From Lingula anatina (Eukaryota; Animalia; Brachiopoda): 64,000 nucleotides of DNA. The number at the start of each line of letters is the position of its first letter. The first letter of the stretch is position 1. The position numbers and the translations under genes were made by a program. Below are positions 10,701 through 25,700 of the stretch, piece by piece. The notes under the pieces were generated by a model. It did not search any database, had not been told where the DNA came from, and saw nothing but the letters and a program-made list of their open reading frames with translations. Location: assembly GCA_051362555.1 (NCBI GenBank), contig CM120646.1, positions 5,580,001 to 5,644,000 on the forward strand, written 5' to 3'.

Positions 10701-13700
10701 GACATGGGGGATAAGGTATAAAAGCAATTACACAGTAGAAACCAGACAGAAAGCTCTTGGATAAGAGCATAAGAACAGTCATGATGTAAGGTGTGCATAC
10801 ATTTTGGGCCATGATGTAGAATTGGCAGAAGATTGTGGCTGTGAATGTGACCAGTCATAATTTTATGTCAACATTACACCATGGTACAGACAGCGTGAAA
10901 ACACAAGTGAAGAAATATTCGAAGATTCAACCCACTGTATATTTTTGGCAATAAAGGAGTGGCTGGGGAATATAACACCAGTGCTTCTTTTTGTCAAACC
11001 TGTTCAGTGGGAAAAACCTCAAATAATGTAAAGAAATAGATGCAGATGGGATAAAAATTGGCCATGATGTAGAATTGGCAGAAGATTGTGGCTGTGAATG
11101 TGATCAGTCGCAATTTTAAGTCAACATTACACCATGGTACAGACGGCGTTAAAAACAGTAGTGAAGAAATGTAAGAAGAAGATTCAACCCACTGTATATT
11201 TTTGGCAATAAAGGAGTGGCTGGGGAATATAACACCAGTGCTTCTTTTTGTCAAACCTGTTCAGAGGGAAAAACCTCAAATAATGTGAAGAAATAGATGC
11301 AGATGGGATTAAAATTGGCCATGATGTAGAATTGGCAGAAGATTGTGGCTGTGAAACTGACCAGTCACAATTTTATGTCAACATTACACCATGGTACAGA
11401 CAGCGTGAAAACACAAGTGAAGATTTATTCGAAGATTCAACCCACTGTATATTTTTGGCAATAAAGGAGTGGCTGGGGAATATAACACCAGTGCTTCTAT
11501 TTGTCAAACCTGTTCAGTGGGAAAAACCTCAAATAATGTGAAGAAATAGATGCAGGTGGAAAACAAATTTGGTCATGATGTAAAATTGGCAGAAGATTGT
11601 GGCTGTGAAACTGACCAGTCACAATTTGATGTCAACATTACAACATGGTCAAGACAGCGTGAAAATACAATTGAAGACGAATCGAATGATGTTAAGAATT
11701 TGACACACGTTGGGAAAGATTATTTTAGGCCATGATGTAGAATTGGCAGAAGATTGTGGCTGTAAAACTGATCAGTTGCAATTTCATGTCAATACTACAC
11801 CAAAGTCCAGTCAACAGCTTTGTTTGGTTTGTTGTAGGATTAAACATTGTAAGATGATTAGTTTACAGGTAGACAAGATAAAATCTTGATTGCAATCATA
11901 GCTGAGAAGTCACCTGTGGAAAGTCTACTACTTGGGCTGTGACAACTGTACACATGACACATGAATAGAACAAGGGTGACACTAAATACAACTGGTAAGA
12001 ATGGACAGACAGAGATAAGACAGCTTGACAGAAGTAAACTTGAATATCTTGACATATTTGACATGGGGGATGAGGTATAAAAGCAACTACACAGTAGAAA
12101 CCAGACAGAAAGCTCTTGGATAAGAGCATAAGAACAGTCATGATGTAAGGTGTGCATAAATTTTGGGCCATGATGTAGAATTGGCAGAAGATTGTGGCTG
12201 TGAATGTGACCAGTCACAATTTTTTGTCAACATTACACCATGGAACAGACAGCGTGAAAACACAAGTGAAGAAATATTCAAAGATTCAACCCACTGTATA
12301 TTTTTGGCAATAAAGGAGTGGCTGGGGAATATAACACCAGTGCTTCTTTTTGTCAAACCTGTTCAGAGGGAAAAACCTCAAATAATGTGAAGAAATAGAT
12401 GCAGATGGGATAAAAATTGGCCATGATGTAGAATTGGCAGAAGATTGTGGCTGTGAATGTGATCAGTCGCAATTTTTAGTCAACATTACAACATGGTACA
12501 GACGGCGTTAAAAACAGAAGTGAAGAAATGTACGAAGAAGATTTAACCCACTGTATATTTTTGGCAATAAAGGAGTGGCTGGGGAATATAACACCAGTGC
12601 TTCTTTTTGTCAAACCTGTTCAGTGGGAAAAACCTCAAATAATATGAAGAAATTGATGCAGATGTGATAAAAATTGGCCATGATGTAGAATTGGCAGAAG
12701 ATTGTGGCTGTGAATGTGATAAGTCCCAATTCTAAGTCAACATTACAACATGGTACAGACGGCGTGAAAACAGAAATGAAGAAATGTACGAAGAAGATTT
12801 AACCCTACTGTATATTTTTGGCAATAAAGGAGTGGCTGGGGAATATAACACCAGTGCTTCTTTTTGTCAAACCTGTTCAGTGGGAAAAACCTCAAATAAT
12901 ATGAAGAAATTGATGCAGATGGAAAACAAATTTGGTCATGATGTAAAATTGGCAGAAGTTTGTGGCTGTGAAACTGAACAGTCACAATTTTATGTCAACA
13001 TTACAACATGGTCAAGACAGCATGAAAATACAAGTGAAGACGAATCGAATGATGTTAAGAATTTGACACACATTGGGAAAGATTATTTTAGGCCATGATG
13101 TAGAATTGGCAGAAGATTGTGGCTGTAAAACTGATCAGTTGCAATTTCATGTCAATACTACACCAAAGTCCAGTCAACAGCTTTGTTTGGTTTGTTGTAG
13201 GATTAAACATTGTAAGATGATTAGTTTACAGGTAGACAAGATAAAATCTTGATTGCAATCATAGCTGAGAAGTCACCTGTGGAAAGTCTACTACTTGGGC
13301 TGTGACAACTGTACACATGACACATGAATAGAACAAGGGTGACACTAAATACAACTGGTAAGAATGGACAGACAGAGATAAGACAGCTTGACAGAAGTAA
13401 ACTTGAATATCTTGACATATTTGACATGGGGGATGAGGTATAAAAGCAACTACACAGTAGAAACCAGACAGAAAGCTCTTGGATAAGAGCATAAGAACAG
13501 TCATGATGTAAGGTGTGCATAAATTTTGGGCCATGATGTAGAATTGGCAGAAGATTGTGGCTGTGAATGTGACCAGTCACAATTTTTTGTCAACATTACA
13601 CCATGGTACAGACAGCGTGAAAACACAAGTGAAGAAATATTCAACCCACTGTATATTTTTGGCAATAAAGGAGTGGCTGGGGAATATAACACCAGTGCTT

Positions 13701-16700
13701 CTTTTTGTCAAACCTGTTCAGTGGGAAAAACCTCAAATAATGTGAAGAAATAGATGCAGTTGGGATAAAAATTGGCCATGATGTAGGATTGGCAGAAGAT
13801 TGTGGCTGTGAATGTGATCAGTCGCAATTTTAAGTCAACATTACAACATGGTACACACGGCGTTAAAAACAGTAGTGAAGAAATGTACGAAGAAGATTCA
13901 ACCCACTGTATATTTTTGGCAATAAAGGAGTGGCTGGGGAATATAACACCAGTGCTTCTTTTTGTCAAACCTGTTCAGTGGGAAAAACCTCAAATAATAT
14001 GAAGAAATTGATGCAGATGGAAAATAAATTTGGTCATGATGTAAAATTGGCAGAAGATTGTGGCTGTGAATGTGATCAGTCGCAATTTAAGTCAACATTA
14101 CAACATGGTATAGACGGCGTGAAAACAGAAGTGAAGAAATGTACGAAGAAGATTTAACCCCACTGTATATTTTTGGCAATAAAGGAGTGGCTGGGGAATA
14201 TAACACCAGTGCTTCTTTTTGTCAAACCTGTTCAGTGGGTAAAACCTCAAATAATGTGAAGAAATAGATGCAGATGGGATTAAAATTGGCCATGATGTAG
14301 AATTGGCAGAAGATTGTGGCTGTGAAACTGACCAGTCACAATTTTATGTCAACATTACACCATGGTACAGACAGCGTGAAAACACAAGTGAAGATTTATT
14401 CGAAGATTCAACCCACTGTATATTTTTGGCAATAAAGGAGTGGCTGGGGAATATAACACCAGTGCTTCTTTTTGTCAAACCTGTTCAGTGGGAAAAACCT
14501 CAAATAATGTGAAGAAATAGATGCAGATGGAAAACAAATTTGGTCATGATGTAAAATTGGCAGAAGATTGTGGCTGTGAAACTGACCAGTCACAATTTGA
14601 TGTCAACATTACAACATGGTCAAGACAGCGTGAAAATACAATTGAAGACGAATCGAATGATGTTAAGAATTTGACACACGTTGGGAAAGATTATTTTAGG
14701 CCATGATGTAGAATTGGCAGAAGATTGTGGCTGTTAAACTGATCAGTTGCAATTTCATGTCAATACTACACCAAAGTCCAGTCAACAGCTTTGTTTGGTT
14801 TGTTGTAGGATTAAACATTGTAAGATGATTAGTTTACAGGTAGACAAGATAAAATCTTGATTGCAATCATAGCTGAGAAGTCACCTGTGGAAAGTCTACT
14901 ACTTGGGCTGTGACAACTGTACACATGACACATGAATAGAACAATGGTGACACTAAATACAACTGGTAAGAAGGGACAGACAGAGAAAAGACAGCTTGAC
15001 AGAAGTAAACTTGAATATCTTGACATATTTGACATGGGGGATGAGGTATAAAAGCAACTACACAGTAGAAACCAGACAGAAAGCTCTTGGATAAGAGCAT
15101 AAGAACAGTCATGATGTAAGGTGTGCATAAATTTTGGGCCATGATGTAGAATTGGCAGAAGATTGTGGCTGTGAATGTGACCAGTCACAATTTTATGTCA
15201 ACATTACACCATGGTACAGACAGCATGAAAACACAAGTGAAGAAATATTCAAAGATTCAACCCACTGTATATTTTTGGCAATAAAGGAGTGGCTGGGGAA
15301 TATAACACCAGTGCTTCTTTTTGTCAAACCTGTTCAGAGGGAAAAACCTCAAATAATGTGAAGAAATAGATGCAGATGGGATAAAAATTGGCCATGATGT
15401 AGAATTGGCAGAAGATTGTGGCTGTGAATGTGATCAGTCGCAATTTTAAGTCAACATTACAACATGGTACAGACGGCGTTAAAAACAGAAGTGAAGAAAT
15501 GTACGAAGAAGATTTAACCCACTGTATATTTTTGGCAATAAAGGAGTGGCTGGGGAATATAACACCAGTGCTTCTTTTTGTCAAACCTGTTCAGTGGGAA
15601 AAACCTCAAATAATATGAAGAAATTGATGCAGATGGAAAACAAATTTGGTCATGATGTAAAATTGGCAGAAGTTTGTGGCTGTGAAACTGAACAGTCACA
15701 ATTTTATGTCAACATTACAACATGGTCAAGACAGCATGAAAATACAAGTGAAGACGAATCGAATGATGTTAAGAATTTGACACACATTGGGAAAGATTAT
15801 TTTAGGCCATGATGTAGAATTGGCAGAAGATTGTGGCTGTAAAACTGATCAGTTGCAATTTCATGTCAATACTACACCAAAGTCCAGTCAACAGCTTTGT
15901 TTGGTTTGTTGTAGGATTAAACATTGTAAGATGATTAGTTTACAGGTAGACAAGATAAAATCTTGATTGCAATCATAGCTGAGAAGTCACCTGTGGAAAG
16001 TCTACTACTTGGGCTGTGACAACTGTACACATGACACATGAATAGAACAAGGGTGACACTAAATACAACTGGTAAGAATGGACAGACAGAGATAAGACAG
16101 CTTGACAGAAGTAAACTTGAATATCTTGACATATTTGACATGGGGGATGAGGTATAAAAGCAACTACACAGTAGAAACCAGACAGAAAGCTCTTGGATAA
16201 GAGCATAAGAACAGTCATGATGTAAGGTGTGCATAAATTTTGGGCCATGATGTAGAATTGGCAGAAGATTGTGGCTGTGAATGTGACCAGTCACAATTTT
16301 TTGTCAACATTACACCATGGTACAGACAGCGTGAAAACACAAGTGAAGAAATATTCAACCCACTGTATATTTTTGGCAATAAAGGAGTGGCTGGGGAATA
16401 TAACACCAGTGCTTCTTTTTGTCAAACCTGTTCAGTGGGAAAAACCTCAAATAATGTGAAGAAATAGATGCAGTTGGGATAAAAATTGGCCATGATGTAG
16501 GATTGGCAGAAGATTGTGGCTGTGAATGTGATCAGTCGCAATTTTAAGTCAACATTACAACATGGTACACACGGCGTTAAAAACAGTAGTGAAGAAATGT
16601 ACGAAGAAGATTCAACCCACTGTATATTTTTGGCAATAAAGGAGTGGCTGGGGAATATAACACCAGTGCTTCTTTTTGTCAAACCTGTTCAGTGGGAAAA

Positions 16701-19700
16701 ACCTCAAATAATATGAAGAAATTGATGCAGATGGAAAATAAATTTGGTCATGATGTAAAATTGGCAGAAGATTGTGGCTGTGAATGTGATCAGTCGCAAT
16801 TTAAGTCAACATTACAACATGGTATAGACGGCGTGAAAACAGAAGTGAAGAAATGTACGAAGAAGATTTAACCCCACTGTATATTTTTGGCAATAAAGGA
16901 GTGGCTGGGGAATATAACACCAGTGCTTCTTTTTGTCAAACCTGTTCAGTGGGTAAAACCTCAAATAATGTGAAGAAATAGATGCAGATGGGATTAAAAT
17001 TGGCCATGATGTAGAATTGGCAGAAGATTGTGGCTGTGAAACTGACCAGTCACAATTTTATGTCAACATTACACCATGGTACAGACAGCGTGAAAACACA
17101 AGTGAAGATTTATTCGAAGATTCAACCCACTGTATATTTTTGGCAATAAAGGAGTGGCTGGGGAATATAACACCAGTGCTTCTTTTTGTCAAACCTGTTC
17201 AGTGGGAAAAACCTCAAATAATGTGAAGAAATAGATGCAGATGGAAAACAAATTTGGTCATGATGTAAAATTGGCAGAAGATTGTGGCTGTGAAACTGAC
17301 CAGTCACAATTTGATGTCAACATTACAACATGGTCAAGACAGCGTGAAAATACAATTGAAGACGAATCGAATGATGTTAAGAATTTGACACACGTTGGGA
17401 AAGATTATTTTAGGCCATGATGTAGAATTGGCAGAAGATTGTGGCTGTTAAACTGATCAGTTGCAATTTCATGTCAATACTACACCAAAGTCCAGTCAAC
17501 AGCTTTGTTTGGTTTGTTGTAGGATTAAACATTGTAAGATGATTAGTTTACAGGTAGACAAGATAAAATCTTGATTGCAATCATAGCTGAGAAGTCACCT
17601 GTGGAAAGTCTACTACTTGGGCTGTGACAACTGTACACATGACACATGAATAGAACAATGGTGACACTAAATACAACTGGTAAGAAGGGACAGACAGAGA
17701 AAAGACAGCTTGACAGAAGTAAACTTGAATATCTTGACATATTTGACATGGGGGATGAGGTATAAAAGCAACTACACAGTAGAAACCAGACAGAAAGCTC
17801 TTGGATAAGAGCATAAGAACAGTCATGATGTAAGGTGTGCATAAATTTTGGGCCATGATGTAGAATTGGCAGAAGATTGTGGCTGTGAATGTGACCAGTC
17901 ACAATTTTATGTCAACATTACACCATGGTACAGACAGCATGAAAACACAAGTGAAGAAATATTCAAAGATTCAACCCACTGTATATTTTTGGCAATAAAG
18001 GAGTGGCTGGGGAATATAACACCAGTGCTTCTTTTTGTCAAACCTGTTCAGAGGGAAAAACCTCAAATAATGTGAAGAAATAGATGCAGATGGGATAAAA
18101 ATTGGCCATGATGTAGAATTGGCAGAAGATTGTGGCTGTGAATGTGATCAGTCGCAATTTTAAGTCAACATTACAACATGGTACAGACGGCGTTAAAAAC
18201 AGAAGTGAAGAAATGTACGAAGAAGATTTAACCCACTGTATATTTTTGGCAATAAAGGAGTGGCTGGGGAATATAACACCAGTGCTTCTTTTTGTCAAAC
18301 CTGTTCAGTGGGAAAAACCTCAAATAATATGAAGAAATTGATGCAGAAGGGATAAAAATTGGCCATGATGTAGAATTGGCAGAAGATTGTGGCTGTGAAT
18401 GTGATCAGTCGCAATTCTAAGTCAACATTACAACATGGTACAGAGGGCGTGAAAACAGAAATGAAGAAATGTACGAAGAAGATTTAACCCCACTGTATAT
18501 TTTTGGCAATAAAGGAGTGGCTGGGGAATATAACACCAGTGCTTCTTTTTGTCAAACCTGTTCAGTGGGAAAAACCTCAAATAATATGAAGAAATTGATG
18601 CAGATGGAAAACAAATTTGGTCATGATGTAAAATTGGCAGAAGTTTGTGGCTGTGAAACTGAACAGTCACAATTTTATGTCAACATTACAACATGGTCAA
18701 GACAGCATGAAAATACAAGTGAAGACGAATCGAATGATGTTAAGAATTTGACACACATTGGGAAAGATTATTTTAGGCCATGATGTAGAATTGGCAGAAG
18801 ATTGTGGCTGTAAAACTGATCAGTCACAATTTTATGTCAACATTACACCATGGTACAGACAACGTGAAAACACAAGTGAAGAAATATTCAAAGATTCAAC
18901 CCACTGTATATTTTTGGCAATAAAGGAGTGGCTGGGGAATATAACACCAGTGCTTCTTTTTGTCAAACCTGTTCAGAGGGAAAAACCTCAAATAATGTGA
19001 AGAAATAGATGCAGATGGGATAAAAATTGGCCATGATGTAGAATTGGCAGAAGATTGTGGCTGTGAATGTGATCAGTCGCAATTTTAAGTCAACATTACA
19101 ACATGGTACAGACGGCGTTAAAAACAGTAGTGAAGAAATGTAAGAAGAAGATTCAACCCACTGTATATTTTTGGCAATAAAGGAGTGGCTGGGGAATATA
19201 ACACCAGTGCTTCTTTTTGTCAAACCTGTTCAGTGGGAAAAACCTCAAATAATATGAAGAAATTGATGCAGATGGAAAACAAATTTGGTCATGATGTAAA
19301 ATTGGCAGAAGTTTGTGGCTGTGAATGTGATCAGTCGCAATTTAAGTCAACATTACAACATGGTCAAGACAGCATGAAAATACAAGTGAAGACGAATCGA
19401 ATGATGTTAAGAATTTGACACACATTGGGAAAGATTATTTTAGGCCATGATGTAGAATTGGCAGAAGATTGTGGCTGTAAAACTGATCAGTCACAATTTT
19501 ATGTCAACATTACACCATGGTACAGACAACGTGAAAACACAAGTGAAGAAATATTCGAAGATTCAACCCACTGTATATTTTTGGCAATAAAGGAGTGGCT
19601 GGGGAATATAACACCAGTGCTTCTTTTTGTCAAACCTGTTCAGTGGGAAAAACCTCAAATAATGTGAAGAAATAGATGCAGATGGAAAACAAATTTGGTC

Positions 19701-22700
19701 ATGATGTAAAATTGGCAGAAGATTGTGGCTGTGAAACTGACCAGTCACAATTTGATGTCAACATTACAACATGGTCAAGACAGCGTGAAAATACAAGTGA
19801 AGACAAATCGAATGATGTTAAGAATTTGACACACGTTGGGAAAGATTATTTTAGGCCATGATGTAGAATTGGCAGAAGATTGTGGCTGTTAAACTGATCA
19901 GTTGCAATTTCATGTCAATACTACACCAAAGTCCAGTCAACAGCTTTGTTTGGTTTGTTGTAGGATTAAACATTGTAAGATGATTAGTTTACAGGTAGAC
20001 AAGATAAAATCTTGATTGCAATCATAGCTGAGAAGTCACATGTGGAAAGTCTACTACTTGGGCTGTGACAACTGTACACATGACACATGAATAGAACAAG
20101 GGTGACACTAAATACAATTGGTAAGAAGGGACAGACAGATAAGACAGCTTGACAGAAGTAAACTTGAATATCTTGACATATTTGACATGGGGGATGAGGT
20201 ATAAAAGCAACTACACAGTAGAAACCAGACAGAAAGCTCTTGGATAAGAGCATAAGAACAGTCATAATGTAAGGTGTGCATAAATTTTGGGCCATGATGT
20301 AGAATTGGCAGAAGATTGTGGCTGTGAATGTGACCAGTCACAATTTTATGTCAACATTACACCATGGTACAGACAGCGTGAAAACACAAGTGAAGAAATA
20401 TTCAAAGATTTAACCCACTGTATATTTTTGGCAATAAAGGAGTGGCTGGGGAATATAACACCAGTGCTTCTTTTTGTCAAACCTGTTCAGAGGGAAAAAC
20501 CTCAAATAATGTGAAGAAATAGATGCAGATGGGATAAAAATTGGATATGATGTAGAATTGGCAGAAGATTGTGGCTGTGAATGTGATCAGTCGCAATTTT
20601 AAGTCAACATTACAACATGGTACAGACGGCGTTAAAAACAGAAGTGAAGAAATGTACGAAGAAGATTTAACCCACTGTATATTTTTGGCAATAAAGGAGT
20701 GGCTGGGGAATATAACACCAGTGCTTCTTTTTGTCAAACCTGTTCAGTGGGAAAAACCTCAAATAATGTGAAGAAATAGATGCAGATGGGATAAAAATTG
20801 GCCATGATGTAGAATTGGCAGAAGATTGTGACTGTGAATGTGATCAGTCGCAATTTTAAGTCAACATTACAACATGGTACAGACGGCGTGAAAACAGAAG
20901 TGAAGAAATGTACAAAGAAGATTCAACCCACTGTATATTTTTGGCAATAAAGGAGTGGCTGGGGAATATAACACCAGTGCTTCTTTTTGTCAAACCTGTT
21001 CAGTGGGAAAAACCTCAAATAATGTGAAGAAATAGATGCAGATGGAAAACAAATTTGGTCATGATGTAAAATTGGCAGAAGATTGTGGCTGTGAAACTGA
21101 CCAGTCACAATTTGATGTCAACATTACAACATGGTCAAGACAGCGTGAAAATACAAGTGAAGACGAATCGAATGATGTTAAGAATTTGACACACGTTGGG
21201 AAAGATTATTTTAGGCCATGATGTAGAATTGGCAGAAGATTGTGGCTGTAAAACTGATCAGTTGCAATTTCATGTCAATACTACACCAAAGTCCAGTCAA
21301 CAGCTTTGTTTGGTTTGTTGTAGGATTAAACATTGTAAGATGATTAGTTTACAGGTAGACAAGATAAAATCTTGATTGCAATCATAGCTGAGAAGTCACC
21401 TGTGGAAAGTCTACTACTTGGGCTGTGACAACTGTACACATGACACATGAATAGAACAAGGGTGACACTAAATACAACTGGTAAGAATGGACAGACAGAG
21501 ATAAGACAGCTTGACAGAAGTAAACTTGAATATCTTGACATATTTGACATGGGGGATGAGGTATAAAAGCAACTACACAGTAGAAACCAGACAGAAAGCT
21601 CTTGGATAAGAGCATAAGAACAGTCATGATGTAAGGTGTGCATAAATTTTGGGCCATGATGTAGAATTGGCAGAAGATTGTGGCTGTGAATGTGACCAGT
21701 CACAATTTTATGTCAACATTACACCATGGTACAGACAGCGTGAAAACACAAGTGAAGAAATATTCAAAGATTCAACCCACTGTATATTTTTGGCAATAAA
21801 GGAGTGGCTGGGGAATATAACACCAGTGCTTCTTTTTGTCAAACCTGTTCAGAGGGAAAAACCTCAAATAATGTGAAGAAATAGATGCAGATGGGATAAA
21901 AATTGGCCATGATGTAGAATTGGCAGAAGATTGTGGCTGTGAATGTGATCAGTCGCAATTTTAAGTCAACATTACAACATGGTACAGACGGCGTTAAAAA
22001 CAGTAGTGAAGAAATGTAAGAAGAAGATTCAACCCACTGTATATTTTTGGCAATAAAGGAGTGGCTGGGGAATATAACACCAGTGCTTCTTTTTGTCAAA
22101 CCTGTTCAGTGGGAAAAACCTCAAATAATATGAAGAAATTGATGCAGATGGAAAACAAATTTGGTCATGATGTAAAATTGGCAGAAGTTTGTGGCTGTGA
22201 ATGTGATCAGTCGCAATTTAAGTCAACATTACAACATGGTCAAGACAGCATGAAAATACAAGTGAAGACGAATCGAATGATGTTAAGAATTTGACACACA
22301 TTGGGAAAGATTATTTTAGGCTATGATGTAGAATTGGCAGAAGATTGTGGCTGTAAAACTGATCAGTCACAATTTTATGTCAACATTACACCATGGTACA
22401 GACAACGTGAAAACACAAGTGAAGAAATATTCGAAAATTCAACCCACTGTATATTTTTAGCAATAAAGGAGTGGCTGGGGAATATAACACCAGTGCTTCT
22501 TTTTGTCAAACCTGTTCAGTGGGAAAAACCTCAAATAATGTGAAGAAATAGATGCAGATGGAAAACAAATTTGGTCATGATGTAAAATTGGCAGAAGATT
22601 GTGGCTGTGAAACTGACCAGTCACAATTTGATGTCAACATTACAACATGGTCAAGACAGCGTGAAAATACAATTGAAGACGAATCGAATGATGTTAAGAA

Positions 22701-25700
22701 TTTGACACACGTTGGGAAAGATTATTTTAGGCCATGATGTAGAATTGGCAGAAGATTGTGGCTGTAAAACTGATCAGTTGCAATTTCATGTCAATACTAC
22801 ACCAAAGTCCAGTCAACAGCTTTGTTTGGTTTGTTGTAGGATTAAACATTGTAAGATGATTAGTTTACAGGTAGACAAGATAAAATCTTGATTGCAATCA
22901 TAGCTGAGAAGTCACCTGTGGAAAGTCTACTACTTGGGCTGTGACAACTGTACACATGACACATGAATAGAACAAGGGTGACACTAAATACAACTGGTAA
23001 GAAGGGACAGACAGAGATAAGACAGCTTGACAGAAGTAAACTTGAATATCTTGACATATTTGACATGGGGGATGAGGTATAAAAGCAACTACACAGTAGA
23101 AACCAGACAGAAAGCTCTTGGATAAGAGCATAAGAACAGTCATGATGTAAGGTGTGCATAAATTTTGGGCCATGATGTAGAATTGGCAGAAGATTGTGGC
23201 TGTGAATGTGACCAGTCACAATTTTATGTCAACATTACACCATGGTACAGACAGCGTGAAAACACAAGTGAAGAAATATTCAATGATTCAACCCACTGTA
23301 TATTTTTGGCAATAAAGGAGTGGCTGGGGAATATAACACCAGTGCTTCTTTTTGTCAAACCTGTTCAGAGGGAAAAACCTCAAATAATGTGAAGAAATAG
23401 ATGCAGATGGGATAAAAATTGGCCATGATGTAGAATTGGCAGAAGATTGTGGCTGTGAATGTGATCAGTCGCAATTTTAAGTCAACATTACAACATGGTA
23501 CAGACGGCGTTAAAACAGAAGTGAAGAAATGTACGAAGAAGATTTAACCCCACTGTATATTTTTGGCAATAAAGGAGTGGCTGGGGAATATAACACCAGT
23601 GCTTCTTTTTGTCAAACCTGTTCAGTGGGAAAAACCTCAAATAATATGAAGAAATTGATGCAGATGGGATAAAAATTGGCCATGATGTAGAATTGGCAGA
23701 AGATTGTGACTGTGAATGTGATCAGTCGCAATTTTAAGTCAACATGACAACATGGTCAAGACAGCGTGAAAATACAAGTGAAGACGAATCGAATGATGTT
23801 AAGAATTTGACACACGTTGGGAAAGATTATTTTAGGCCATGATGTAGAATTGGCAGAAGATTGTGGCTGTAAAACTGATCAGTTGCAATTTCATGTCAAT
23901 ACTACACCAAAGTCCAGTCAACAGCTTTGTTTGGTTTGTTGTAGGATTAAACATTGTAAGATGATTAGTTTACAGGTAGACAAGATAAAATCTTGATTGC
24001 AATCATAGCTGAGAAGTCACCTGTGGAAAGTCTACTACTTGGGCTGTGACAACTGTACACATGACACATGAATAGAACAAGGGTGACACTAAATACAACT
24101 GGTAAGAATGGACAGACAGAGATAAGACAGCTTGACAGAAGTAAACTTGAATATCTTGACATATTTGACATGGGGGATGAGGTATAAAAGCAACTACACA
24201 GTAGAAACCAGACAGAAAGCTCTTGGATAAGAGCATAAGAACAGTCATGATGTAAGGTGTGCATAAATTTTGGACCATGATGTAGAATTGGCAGAAGATT
24301 GTGGCTGTGAATGTGACCAGTCACAATTTTATGTCAACATTACACCATGGTACAGACAGCGTGAAAACACAAGTGAAGAAATATTCAAAGATTCAACCCA
24401 CTGTATATTTTTGGCAATAAAGGAGTGGCTGGGGAATATAACACCAGTGCTTCTTTTTGTCAAACCTGTTCAGTGGGAAAAACCTCAAATAATGTGAAGA
24501 AATAGATGCAGATGGGATAAAAATTGGCCATGATGTAGAATTGGCAGAAGATTGTGGCTGTGAATGTGATCAGTCACAATTTTATGTCAACATTACACCA
24601 TGGTACAGACAGCGTGAAAACACAAGTGAAGAAATATTCGAAGATTCAACCCACTGTATATTTTTGGCAATAAAGGAGTGGCTGGGGAATATAACACCAG
24701 TGCTTCTTTTTGTCAAACCTGTTCAGTGGGAAAAACCTCAAATAATGTGAAGAAATAGATGCAGATGGAAAACAAATTTGGTCATGATGTAAAATTGGCA
24801 GAAGATTGTGGCTGTGAAACTGACCAGTCACAATTTGATGTCAACATTACAACATGGTCAAGACAGCGTGAAAATACAAGTGAAGGCGAATCGAATGATG
24901 TTAAGAATTTGACACACGTTGGGAAAGATTATTTTAGGCCATGATGTAGAATTGGCAGAAGATTGTGGCTGTAAAACTGATCAGTTGCAATTTCATGTCA
25001 ATACTACACCAAAGTCCAGTCAACAGCTTTGTTTGGTTTGTTGTAGGATTAAACATTGTAAGATGATTAGTTTACAGGTAGACAAGATAAAATCTTGATT
25101 GCAATCATAGCTGAGAAGTCACCTGTGGAAAGTCTACTACTTGGGCTGTGACAACTGTACACATGACACATGAATAGAACAAGGGTGACACTAAATACAA
25201 CTGGTAAGAATGGACAGACAGAGATAAGACAGCTTGACAGAAGTAAACTTGAATATCTTGACATATTTGACATGGGGGATGAGGTATAAAAGCAACTACA
25301 CAGTAGAAACCAGACAGAAAGCTCTAGGATAAGAGCATAAGAACAGTCATGATGTAAGGTGTGCATAAATTTTGGGCCATGATGTAGAATTGGCAGAAGA
25401 TTGTGGCTGTGAATGTGACCAGTCACAATTTTATGTCAACATTACACCATGGTACAGACAGCGTGAAAACACAAGTGAAGAAATATTCAAAGATTCAACC
25501 CACTGTATATTTTTGGCAACAAAGGAGTGGCTGGGGAATATAACACCAGTGCTTCTTTTTGTCAAACCTGTTCAGTGGGAAAAACCTCAAATAATGTGAA
25601 GAAATAGATGCAGATGGGATAAAAATTGGCCATGATGTAGAATTGGCAGAAGATTGTGGCTGTGAATGTGATCAGTCGCAATTTTAAGTCAACATTACAA

